From the NCBI GenBank assembly GCA_049976425.1, contig JBMFIG010000008.1, positions 1 through 58,255 of the forward strand: a stretch of 58,255 nt of DNA, written 5' to 3'. Source of the DNA: Thermoproteus sp. Lineage in GTDB: Archaea > Thermoproteota > Thermoprotei > Thermoproteales > Thermoproteaceae. Position 1 is the stretch's first letter. Each line of letters opens with the position of its first letter. Positions 49,769 to 58,255 of this stretch are shown here, in pieces. The position numbers were made by a program, and so were the translations under genes. The notes under the pieces are model-generated. The model had not been told where the DNA came from and did no database searches. It was given only the letters and a program-made list of their open reading frames with translations.

Positions 49769-50605
49769 ATGAGAATACAGCTTATTTTTTTCTTGATCCC
49801 AGCGCTCTTTTTCTCCGGAGTGCTCTATTATTTCATGTTCTGGAACGTCTACATATCGCTCACTAACTACTCCATACTGCATCTCCATCCCCAGTTCGTG
49901 GGCCTCGCCACCTTCGCCTCCCTGTTTTCCGACCCCGATTTCGTCTCTGCGCTGACGCGCACCCTGTTGTGGGTGGCCGTGCTGGTGGCCGCAGGGAATC
50001 TCCTCGCCATACTGATAGCGTCGGCCATATACAACCTCGGGAGCCAGCGCGCCAGGAACGCGGCCACCGCCTTCTTCATCTACCCCCTGGCCGTCTCGCT
50101 GGCGGCGTCCGGCATAATCTGGCGCTGGCTCTTCGACCCCGATAGGGGCATAGACGCAGCGCTGGGGATGCACGTGCTCTGGCTACAGGGAGACAACGCA
50201 TTCTGGAGCGCGTCGTTGGTCTCGGTCTGGGTATATACGGGGCTGGGCGTCCTCTTCTATCTGGCCATGTTCTACAATGTGGATAGGTCGCAGATAGAGA
50301 GCGCGTATATCGACGGCGCTAACACGCTCTCGGTAATGCTAAGGGTCGTAGTGCCCCAGTCGAGGCAGGCCTTGATAATAGCCACAGTTTTCTATACGCT
50401 CTTCGCCATACAGATGTTCGACCTGCCCTACACTATGCTTTTCCTGAACCCCTTCGTGACGACCCTAGTGATATACACCTTCTTCAAGTTCGCCACGCTG
50501 TACTTCGCCACGGCGAGCGCCACTGCTATCGTGATCCTGGCCTTGTCGGCCGCCATAGTCATTCCGTACTCCATGTTCGGCTTCAGGAGGTGGCTGAGGG
50601 TATGA
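49769..50605 (+). CDS. Sugar ABC permease
   Basis: Six TM helices; EAA loop ESAYIDGA. Confidence 0.93.
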   Translation: MRIQLIFFLIPALFFSGVLYYFMFWNVYISLTNYSILHLHPQFVGLATFASLFSDPDFVSALTRTLLWVAVLVAAGNLLAILIASAIYNLGSQRARNAATAFFIYPLAVSLAASGIIWRWLFDPDRGIDAALGMHVLWLQGDNAFWSASLVSVWVYTGLGVLFYLAMFYNVDRSQIESAYIDGANTLSVMLRVVVPQSRQALIIATVFYTLFAIQMFDLPYTMLFLNPFVTTLVIYTFFKFATLYFATASATAIVILALSAAIVIPYSMFGFRRWLRV

Positions 50606-51420
50606 GAGCCCGCGTCGTTGTCTCGTACCTAGTGATACTCGCGGTGGGGGCGATCTGGGCGGTCCCGCTATACGCCATGGTGGTGGGCTCCCTAAAGAAC
50701 TTGTCGGAGGTCATGACGTCCTCGGTTCTGTCCCCGCCGACCGTGGTGGACCCCAGTAGCCTGATATCGGCTGCGGACCGCCTGGCGACTCCGTTGCTGA
50801 ACACGGCGGTCGTGGTGATCCCCGTCGCGCTGGCCGCGGCCTTCGTGGGGGCCATGGGCGCATACGCGTTAATGAGGCTCGCCGGATCCCTCCGCGACGG
50901 GCTGATCACCGGCGTGGCAGTCGCGACGTATCTGCCTTACCAAGTGACCTTGGTCCCTCTGGTCGATTTCATGAAGTCGCTGGGCCTGTACAACACTCTG
51001 CCCGGCCTGGCGCTGGCGTTTCTGATATTCTATATTCCCTTCGCCACGTTGATGATGTACATCTTCATGACAGCCCTCCCCAGACAGGTCGTCGAGGCGG
51101 CCGAGATAGACGGCGCCTCCGAGTTCACTTTGTTCAGACGCGTCGTCCTGCCTCTGATGGGGCCCGGCTACGTCTCCACCGCCATATTCCTCACGATACA
51201 GGGCTGGAACAACCTCTTCATACCGCTGGTGCTCACCAGGGGGTACACTAAACACATAATGCTGACTCTCTTCAGCTTCACGGGCCAGACGGGCAACGTC
51301 TACAACCAGATGTACGCCGCGGCGCTCATAGCCTCCCTGCCGCCTCTCTTGGTCTTCGTCGCCCTGGGCCGCTACTTCATAAGGGGCCTGCTGGCGCTCG
51401 GCACCGGCGGGAAGGCCTAG
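50602..51420 (+). CDS. Sugar ABC permease
   Basis: EAA loop EAAEIDGAS; ATG 50602 overlaps the previous stop. Confidence 0.93.
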   Translation: MRARVVVSYLVILAVGAIWAVPLYAMVVGSLKNLSEVMTSSVLSPPTVVDPSSLISAADRLATPLLNTAVVVIPVALAAAFVGAMGAYALMRLAGSLRDGLITGVAVATYLPYQVTLVPLVDFMKSLGLYNTLPGLALAFLIFYIPFATLMMYIFMTALPRQVVEAAEIDGASEFTLFRRVVLPLMGPGYVSTAIFLTIQGWNNLFIPLVLTRGYTKHIMLTLFSFTGQTGNVYNQMYAAALIASLPPLLVFVALGRYFIRGLLALGTGGKA

Positions 51421-51456
51421 AGGGCCAGACTTTTATGTAGCTATCGGCGGCCCTAC

Positions 51457-52071
51457 GTGGAGTGTAGGGAGATAAGGCTGGAGAAGCCTTGGCCCCCCAA
51501 CCAAGTCAAGGCCCATAGGTTCGTGATATACGACGTGTACGACCCGCCGGACGTGCCCTTCGAGGCCCACACCATAAGGATCGTCGGCCTCGTGGAGAGG
51601 CCTCTCGAGATACCGCTGAGGGAGCTCGCCGCCCGCTACCCCTGCGTCGATCTCGTCGCCCCGTTCCACTGCGTCACTGGGTGGTCGATAGAGAAGGTCG
51701 TGTGGAGGGGCGTCCAGACCAAGGCGTTGCTGGAGGAGGCGAGGCCATACGGCCCCTTCGCCTTGGCCTGGGGCGCCGACGGCTACAGCGCCTCCCTGCC
51801 GTTGGAGGCCCTTATGGAGGAGACGTCCGTCATCGCCTGGGCCATGAACGGCGGGCCCCTCCCCAAGAAGCACGGAGCTCCTGCGAGGCTCGTCGTGCCG
51901 ACCCGCTACGCGTGGAAGAGCGTGAAGTACTTCGCCGCGTTGGAGGTGCTGGAGGGCCCCGTCCCGGGCTATTGGGAGGCATCCGGCTACTCCATCAACG
52001 CCGATCCGTGGCGCGAGGAGAGGTTCGACTTCGGCAGTCCCCAGATGAGAGGCCGCCGGACCTCCTTCTAG
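51457..52071 (+). CDS. Sulfite-oxidase-like molybdopterin oxidoreductase (YuiH type)
   Basis: PPNQ, FHCVTGWS, HGAPARL, YAWKSVK and GYWE motifs. Confidence 0.92.
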   Translation: MECREIRLEKPWPPNQVKAHRFVIYDVYDPPDVPFEAHTIRIVGLVERPLEIPLRELAARYPCVDLVAPFHCVTGWSIEKVVWRGVQTKALLEEARPYGPFALAWGADGYSASLPLEALMEETSVIAWAMNGGPLPKKHGAPARLVVPTRYAWKSVKYFAALEVLEGPVPGYWEASGYSINADPWREERFDFGSPQMRGRRTSF

Positions 52072-52344
52072 ATAGACAGCCCCCCAGCCACGCTAGGCGG
52101 CCGCGCTCTGCACGAAAGGCGTGTCCGCGCCCCGGCTGGGTCAGCGTTTCTGCATAAATCCGGACATCGATGTGGCATGCCGAGATATTCAAATCGCTGA
52201 GGCCATGGAGTTTTCTAACGACTCCGGCCTCCATAAGCTCGGTCGCGGCGTCTCGGCGGAGCGCTTCGGCCCAGCCGCCTCGATGGCGGACCACTTAATG
52301 TGGCTAGATGGCGCGTCAATGCCTCAAGCCCTCTAGGGCCTTCC

Positions 52345-52482
52345 TCAATACTTGCCGACCCTCCTCATGCCGAGCATCAGAGCGAGCGCCCCTCTGGACA
52401 CGGACTCCAACAACGGCTTGACCTAGCCCTCCCTGTCGAAAAGCTCGTCGAGGCTTTCGGCCGGCCTGTCTCTGAACAACAT
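52345..52482 (-). pseudogene. Archaeal ATPase pseudogene (paralog of 23738-24820)
   Basis: MLFRDRPAESLDELFDREG* (in-frame TAG) VKPLLESVSRG, frameshift, ALALMLGMRRVGK (Walker A), then lost. Confidence 0.8.
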
Positions 52483-52507
52483 AGGTATGTAGTAACTACA
52501 TACCTAT
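52481..52507. promoter_or_regulatory. Perfect 13-bp inverted repeat between the TATA box and the start codon
   Basis: ATAGGTATGTAGT-A-ACTACATACCTAT. Confidence 0.75.
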
Positions 52508-52613
52508 AAAGTTGGCGGAGGATTGCCGCCGGGAGAGCCCGATAAGCCGCGCGCAGTAGATATAGGGCGACGACGCTACGCAGTGGTCTATTTCCGGCCT
52601 GCGGCGGGTAGGC

Positions 52614-52727
52614 CTATCCGCCGCAACAGCTCAGCTTGGTGGGGTCTGTGTAGAACGCCAGCGCGGCTAGGCGGACCGCCTCGCCGTATGAGGGGAAGCT
52701 CGGCAACCACTCCACGAGGTCGTCCAC
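52614..52727 (-). pseudogene. merA: C-terminal remnant of mercuric reductase
   Basis: VDDLVEWLPSFPSYGEAVRLAALAFYTDPTKLSCCGG*; the C-terminal vicinal Cys pair is characteristic of MerA. Confidence 0.75.
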
Positions 52728-53028
52728 CTGCTGGCGGCCCGGGCGGGGTACCGCGCCTACATGAGAATTGTCAGGCCGTTGATCCCGCTGTGGACCGCGG
52801 GGTACATCGCCATGATATACCTCATGGTCTTCAAGCCCACGTAGGGCCCCGCGCCGGCGGACAGCCGCAGGTCTCGGCCGGCAGGGCGACGTAAGATCTA
52901 GAGGGCGGAGCCCACTGGCGGGCGACGAAGGCTCTTCAAGCCCTCGGCGACATACGGCTTTCCAAGATCTCAGAGCTCCGCCGCCTTGGCGGCTATCTGC
53001 GAAAGAGATTTTAAGGCGTAGGTGGGGC

Positions 53029-53502
53029 GTGGACGTGGCGGTCACCCTCTCGGCCCCTATCGCCGAGGTCTTGAGGCGCGTGGCCGGTGATCGGGACATC
53101 GAGGAGTTCATCCTGGAGCTCGTCTCGAACAGGCTGGACCCGCCGGAGAGGGTCGAGGTATACCTAAGGCTCCACGAGAGGTATCTGGCCGAGGCCGAGG
53201 AGCTGTACCGAAAGGGCGATCTGACGCAGGCCGGAGAGAAGTACTGGGGGGCCGTCACAGCCTTACTAAACGCTATAGCGGAAAGACGGGGAATGCCCCA
53301 CTACAGCCATAGAGACTATGCCGTGTTGATAGACAAAATATACGAGGAGACAGGCGACGAGGAGCTCGTGGGGGGTTTCCGCATGGCGGAGGGGCTACAC
53401 GCCAACTTCTACCACAACTTCATGGGGAGGCGGGAGTTCGATCTGCACAGACGCGCCGTGTTGACGCTGATAGAGAAGCTGAGAGGGCTTGCGCGCGGCT
53501 AG
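53029..53502 (+). CDS. PaREP1 family protein
   Basis: KGDLTQAGEKYWGA, SHRDY and LHANFYH motifs. Confidence 0.92.
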   Translation: MDVAVTLSAPIAEVLRRVAGDRDIEEFILELVSNRLDPPERVEVYLRLHERYLAEAEELYRKGDLTQAGEKYWGAVTALLNAIAERRGMPHYSHRDYAVLIDKIYEETGDEELVGGFRMAEGLHANFYHNFMGRREFDLHRRAVLTLIEKLRGLARG

Positions 53503-53591
53503 CGGCGCTCCGCTACCTCCGCGACGCATTCCATATACGACCTGGCGCCGCCCGGCGCGTTCCCGACGCAACGCCGCAGTCCGGATTCCGA

Positions 53592-53949
53592 TTAAAGGAG
53601 CAACAGCTCCGCCTCCCTCAACACGCCGCGGACTGGGTCTACCTCCAGTCCGAATATCTCAAGCGCCGTGACGCCGACGACGACCGCGTCGTCAGCCTCG
53701 CCGAATATCACCGGGACCACGCGCCTCTCGCCCATCAGAGACAAGCCCGACCTCGCCCACATCCCGCTCCACGTAGCCGCCGAAGGCCTTGAAGCGGCGT
53801 CTGCCCAAGGGGCTTACGCCGAGCGAGTGGAGTATGTCCCTCCTGACCACCGTGTAGATGGTCCCCGCGTCCACCACGCCCTCCATCTCGACGACTCTCT
53901 CCGGCGACTGCGGGTTGAATACGCCCACTCTCACCTTGATAAATCCCAT
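53592..53949 (-). pseudogene. Frameshifted clan AA (retropepsin-like) aspartyl protease
   Basis: MGFIKVRV...VDAGTIYTV...VGL, +1 shift near 53740, LMGERRVVPVIFGE...VGVTALEIFGLEVDPVRGVL...*; span 358 nt = 3n+1. Confidence 0.85.
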
Positions 53950-54239
53950 GTCAACCCAGCGGCGTATATTAAAAACCTTAGCCTCTCGGCGGGCCGAGAG
54001 GCCGGCGTCAGTACGCCGATCACGCGCGCCGCTGGACAGGCGCCCAGCTGAGAGGGCCTTCCCGACGCGCTTCGCGAAGCCGCCTCGGGGCCCCGGAGCC
54101 TGCTCGCGGTCGACGACGGCCCTCGGTCCGCCTCTCGGCGCCACTCTGGGCAACGGGAAGCACGCGGGAGGCCGGCGCTTGCCAACGCCTCGACTTGCGG
54201 CATTCCGGAAGACATATAAGTCTCGTTGCTGGTCATCCC

Positions 54240-54773
54240 GTGCCGAGCGACGTGGTGTTATCTGTCGTCGGGCTCGCCGCTACCCTAATCGGTATGCTGG
54301 GCGGAGCGCTCTACTGGCTGGGGAGGGAGTTCAGGGAGATCGACGACGGCTTCGAGGAGATGGACAGGAGGTTTGACGAAGTGGTCAAAAGGTTCGACGA
54401 GGTGGACAGGAGGCTCGCGTCCTTCGCCGACTCCATGAGGTCAGCCGTCGTCGCCATGGACTCGGCCGTCGTGGAGTTCCTCGGCGTCAAGGGCTTAATC
54501 AGCCAGCGGGAGGCCTCCTTCCTCGTCAACGAGTTGATGCGGCTTTCCCAGTCGATCAAGGCAAATCCCATAAGCAGAGAGGAGGCGGAGTACATAAGGC
54601 AAGTCTTAGCCAGGGGCGACGTCGATAAGATAGGAGTCGAGGAGCTAGAGAGGGTGGCCGAGATAGCGAAGCGTTGGTGGTACGAGGACGGGGGCGAGAT
54701 CGCCTACAAGATCTTCCTATACGCCTGGATGTTGAGGGCCTACAAGCTGTACGGAGGCCGGGACGGCCGCTGA
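54240..54773 (+). CDS. paREP5-like membrane-anchored coiled-coil protein
   Basis: N-terminal TM, YWLGREF, heptads EMDRRFD EVVKRFD EVDRRL, NPISREE; GTG 54240 follows the TATA at 54213-54220. Confidence 0.78.
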   Translation: MPSDVVLSVVGLAATLIGMLGGALYWLGREFREIDDGFEEMDRRFDEVVKRFDEVDRRLASFADSMRSAVVAMDSAVVEFLGVKGLISQREASFLVNELMRLSQSIKANPISREEAEYIRQVLARGDVDKIGVEELERVAEIAKRWWYEDGGEIAYKIFLYAWMLRAYKLYGGRDGR

Positions 54774-54781
54774 CGGCGGCC

Positions 54782-55123
54782 CTACCGTCCGTTCTCCCTC
54801 TTCAGCTCCTCGACGATCTCTAGATACCTCTCGACTATCTGGCGCCCCTTCTGGGTAAGCCTCAAGACCCTCCTGACGCCCGCTATGGTTATGGCCTTCC
54901 GCGACTCCACGAGGCCGCGGGACGCCAGGGCCTCCAGATGGCCGTGGACCGTGCTCTTGGAGAGCCCCACCGATCTGACCAGCGTGGCAAAGGCGACGTA
55001 CCCGTCCACGTAGTACAGGGCGAGCAGTATGCCGAGACGCACCGAGTTTGTCAAGTCCTCCTCCTGGAGCAACTTCATTAACTCCGAAATTCTAGAGCTC
55101 CGAGAGCGAGGCGGCTCCTGCAT
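54782..55123 (-). CDS. Winged-helix (ArsR/MarR-like) transcriptional regulator
   Basis: VRLGILLAL...GLSKSTVHGHLEAL...LTQKG; start uncertain. Confidence 0.88.
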   Translation of the reverse strand: MQEPPRSRSSRISELMKLLQEEDLTNSVRLGILLALYYVDGYVAFATLVRSVGLSKSTVHGHLEALASRGLVESRKAITIAGVRRVLRLTQKGRQIVERYLEIVEELKRENGR

Positions 55124-55643
55124 AAGCCCAGAGTATGCCCAATGCGAAGTATAGGGCGTTGTAGAAGTAGCCGAGGGCCATCAGGATCGGGAAGGAGAGG
55201 AGCGCCAGGTGGTCGTAGAACCTCGGCTTGAGTACTCTGAACACGGTGAGGTAGAGGTACGCCGCCACGGCCGTGCCGTAGGCGCCGTACGCAAGCGCCC
55301 CAACGTCCGGCCTAAGAAATGCCAGAATTATCAGGAAAGCCAGTAAGGCGGTCAAGATGACCCCGCCCGAAGATCTCCTGTCCTGAAGCCTAGACGCCCT
55401 AGCGGCAAGGACGAATATGCGGACCGTTATGGCAACGTAGACAGCGATTAGGGAGACGATCACGGCGTATATCACCGTAGTGGAAATGAATATGCCAAGA
55501 GCTCTACATGCGGCGAAGGCCAAGGCGGTGCTCATGGGAAACGTAGACCACAACACGTAGGCGAGCCCCATAGCCCTTCTTAGTACTCTCTTGACTATGG
55601 CGCCCGCGATCTCCCGGGGCCTCTCGACGACGTCGGCGCTCAT
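55092..55643 (-). CDS. Membrane protein of unknown function
   Basis: 183 aa from ATG 55643 (ATGA overlap), about 6 TM helices. Confidence 0.8.
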   Translation of the reverse strand: MSADVVERPREIAGAIVKRVLRRAMGLAYVLWSTFPMSTALAFAACRALGIFISTTVIYAVIVSLIAVYVAITVRIFVLAARASRLQDRRSSGGVILTALLAFLIILAFLRPDVGALAYGAYGTAVAAYLYLTVFRVLKPRFYDHLALLSFPILMALGYFYNALYFALGILWAYAGAASLSEL

Positions 55644-56506
55644 GCCCCCTCCCTCTCCTCGGCAAGCGGTTTGTAGGCCATCCTCCCCACGACGAAGGCC
55701 GATACCGCCAGCAAGGCAAACGTCCAGAGGATCACAGAGGCGAGGCAGAGCCCCAGCGGCACAGGGTCGTTGGAGAGCGGAGGAGGTGCGGTGAGCGTCA
55801 CGTTGGGCACGGTCCCCGTATAGGCGTACACGCCGAGGTATATCAAGGCGGAGAACGGGCTGGCGGCCAGCAACCATTTGGGCAAGGCGCCGTAGAGCGC
55901 CGCGAAGGCGAAGAGGAAGAAAAGCAACATGGGCGCGAAGGATATGCCCCTCGAGTACTTGGGCGCGGCGCCGGCCGCCGTCGCCAGTGCGGTCGAGAGG
56001 GCGATTACGAAGACAGAGGCCAGGACGAAGACCCCGGCGAATTCCGCCGCGTTCGCGGCTGAGGCGGGCGACACGTCGGGAAGCCCCACGTCGAATCCGT
56101 TGTACTTAAGGCCGCTGGCCATCATCAAGACGCCCGCCACGATGAGGACGGCGTCTAGGACGAGCGTCGCCGCGAGGGCGGACAGGAAGAGCGACAACGC
56201 TATTTTGCTAGGCGTGGCTCTGCCGAACCTAATGAGGTAGGGATACGCCGCCGTGCTGTAGAGGATAGTCATGACAACGCCGACGCCGACCATCGAGGGG
56301 AGGTAGACGACGCCTTCGGAGAGCCACACGGCGGTGTAGGACCTCATGACCTCGCCGACGGGCGCTGAGGGCGGTAGCTGGAAGCCGCGCGGATAGACGT
56401 AGGCCCCCAGTGCTGCCCAGAAGGCCCACCAGGCGGGGCCCCAGAAGAGTATCAACATATTCCTCAGATAGCTCTTGGAGAGGTAGCCTAGGTAGCCCAT
56501 GGTCAC
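55640..56506 (-). CDS. ABC exporter permease
   Basis: About 6 TM helices; coupled to the ATPase gene. Confidence 0.82.
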   Translation of the reverse strand: MTMGYLGYLSKSYLRNMLILFWGPAWWAFWAALGAYVYPRGFQLPPSAPVGEVMRSYTAVWLSEGVVYLPSMVGVGVVMTILYSTAAYPYLIRFGRATPSKIALSLFLSALAATLVLDAVLIVAGVLMMASGLKYNGFDVGLPDVSPASAANAAEFAGVFVLASVFVIALSTALATAAGAAPKYSRGISFAPMLLFFLFAFAALYGALPKWLLAASPFSALIYLGVYAYTGTVPNVTLTAPPPLSNDPVPLGLCLASVILWTFALLAVSAFVVGRMAYKPLAEEREGA

Positions 56507-57273
56507 GCCGAGTATATCATGTCTATCGTGGCCATGTCGCCGAGCCTCCTCCCGGCGCCTCTGCGAAGAGAGTACTTCACGCCGCCTATCTCCAGGACCG
56601 CCGCGGCGTCTCCGTGCACCCCCTCAGAGAGCCCTAGGTCCAGGAGCTCTCCCGCGGCGAACGGCCCGTAGATCCTCCCCTCGACTAGGGGGTACGCGTC
56701 GAACTCCGGCACGGCCCTCAACGAGCCGAGGTCGTGGGTCGCCACCAGCCCGATCTCGCCGAAGCCCCTGAGGGCCTCCGCCGCGAGCCTCCTCCTGGCG
56801 GGGTCTACGTTCTCGAAGGGCTCGTCCACCAGGTAGGCCCTGGGCCTAGAGGCCAGGGCTACCGCCAGCCTCACCAGCGACGACTCCCCCGCGGAGAGGG
56901 CGTGGATCGGCTTCCTCGACAGCTCGCCGGGGTCCAGCTTGAAGGATTTGAGGAGCTCCTCGAAGAGGCGGGGGTCGAAATCGCCCTTGAGGTCGGCCCA
57001 AACCTCGGCGATTTCCCCGACCCTATAGACCGCTTGGTATATCTCGGGGAGGTTAGACGAGACGCCCAACAGCCCCCTGGCCCTCCTCACCTCGGCTCCG
57101 AAGATCCTTATGCTCCCCTCGTACGGCAACACGCCCGAGGCGGCCCTAAGGAGCGTCGTCTTGCCGGACCCGTTTGGCCCGAGGAGGAACGCCCTCGACC
57201 TAACCGTAAAGGTCGCGCCGGAGATTATGGCCCTCCCCCGCGCTCTGACGGACACCTTCTCGAACTCGATCAT
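56503..57273 (-). CDS. ABC transporter ATP-binding protein
   Basis: GPNGSGKT, LSAGE, VDEPFENVD and ATH motifs. Confidence 0.93.
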   Translation of the reverse strand: MIEFEKVSVRARGRAIISGATFTVRSRAFLLGPNGSGKTTLLRAASGVLPYEGSIRIFGAEVRRARGLLGVSSNLPEIYQAVYRVGEIAEVWADLKGDFDPRLFEELLKSFKLDPGELSRKPIHALSAGESSLVRLAVALASRPRAYLVDEPFENVDPARRRLAAEALRGFGEIGLVATHDLGSLRAVPEFDAYPLVEGRIYGPFAAGELLDLGLSEGVHGDAAAVLEIGGVKYSLRRGAGRRLGDMATIDMIYSA

Positions 57274-57914
57274 GGGAGGTAGAACGCGGAGGGATAAAAG
57301 GTAGGCGGAAGTTCCCGGGTCCGAACTCGCGCCGGGTCTTTTGAGGACTTAAATACGCGGCGGACTTAGAGACGCGGAGTCCCCGGCCTTGGAGGGATCC
57401 GGAGCGGTGCAGGGAGGCCCAGCCGTAGATAGCCCTCGCCGGAATTCCTCGAGGACGGTCTTGTGAGGGACGCGGCCGGCAAGGCGTTCCAGGCGAGGAA
57501 GGCCTATCTGCCGGCATGAAGGAATTGTACCGGATTAGCGGAGGATTGCGGCAGGGGCGAGGAGGTCGAGATCGAGGACGTAGACGTGTCATGGCACTGG
57601 CGCCCGCCACGCAGATGGCCAGGCTGGCGCACGTCGTAGGCGGCGACATTGTCGAGTTCACCGCGCGGGCTCTGGCGCCCCACCGCTACCAGCACAACGG
57701 CCCCGATCCCGATGGCCTCCTCTCAGATATCCCATCCGCCGCGCTGTCCACATGCCGCATAGCCTCTAGGCTGGCTGGAGGCGCGGAGCCGTTCCGTAGG
57801 GTGTGCGGCGGGTAGTAGAGGCGACCTCCTACCTGCCTTGAAGGGCGGGGCCGTCGCCGACTATCGCCCGGCGCCATCGCCGCGGTGGGTGCACGCGGGG
57901 TATCGGCCCAACCG

Positions 57915-58253
57915 TCAGTATCTGTATATCTGCACACCCTTCCCCTTCGCGTGTTTCTCCACGTCGTCCCCAATCCTCGCCCCGGCTAGTATAGCGGCCG
58001 CCGGCTTTCCTAAAGCCTTCGCCGCGGCCTCGGCCTTTCTGGCCACTGCGTCTACGTCTCTCCGCCTCGGCCTCACCTTAACCTCAACGACGTACACCGC
58101 CTTGTCTGTCTCGACGAGGAGGTCGATATCGAGGCCGTCCACGCGGGCGTTGCGTCTGCGGGACAAAACCCTCTCGCCCCTAGCCTCGACCTCCGCCCGG
58201 AGATCCTCCCAGACGTAGCGGGAGAGGGTGGCCTCGGTGAGGGCGCCGAGGCT
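57915..58253 (-). CDS. Partial (5' end outside window) paREP-like protein with a PD-(D/E)XK domain
   Basis: Frame open to the window edge: SLGALTEATLSRYVWEDL...DIDLLVETDKAVYVVEVKVRP...AILAG. Confidence 0.82.
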   Translation of the reverse strand, partial: SLGALTEATLSRYVWEDLRAEVEARGERVLSRRRNARVDGLDIDLLVETDKAVYVVEVKVRPRRRDVDAVARKAEAAAKALGKPAAAILAGARIGDDVEKHAKGKGVQIYRY

Positions 58254-58255
58254 GT

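Overview
High-GC crenarchaeal chromosome segment, most consistent with a Thermoproteus species (Thermoproteales). This assignment is inferred from the gad / kdgA-kdgK-gaa cluster, orfY-treT, paREP-type genes, leaderless TATA promoters and the CRISPR repeat type; no database search was run. From left to right: (1) a virus-like beta-helix gene running off the window edge, directly abutted by a 6-repeat/5-spacer CRISPR array (minus strand, repeat GAATCTCAAGAAGAGGATTGAAAG), its leader and a stand-alone cas6; (2) an acyl-CoA / 4-hydroxybutyryl-CoA dehydratase cluster with a divergent ALDH lacking the catalytic Glu; (3) the branched Entner-Doudoroff genes; (4) regulators, two candidate C/D-box sRNAs, a TusA-like gene and moeA; (5) orfY-treT, HEPN/MNT, an MFS transporter and an AT-rich ABC-exporter islet; (6) a complex-I-like cluster (nuoJKMLN ... 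nuoI-H-A-B/D fusion, no nuoC or nuoEFG) with a 2-oxoacid:ferredoxin oxidoreductase operon embedded in it; (7) cimA, a degenerate MtrA-ThyA-DUF4346-like gene and a sugar ABC operon; (8) a terminal plasticity zone rich in paREP genes and pseudogenes (archaeal ATPase, merA and aspartyl protease remnants). The strongest leads are the POR-embedded complex I, the CRISPR repeat joined to a truncated foreign operon, and a palindrome shared upstream of two archaeal ATPase paralogs. Family assignments come from recognising motifs by eye.
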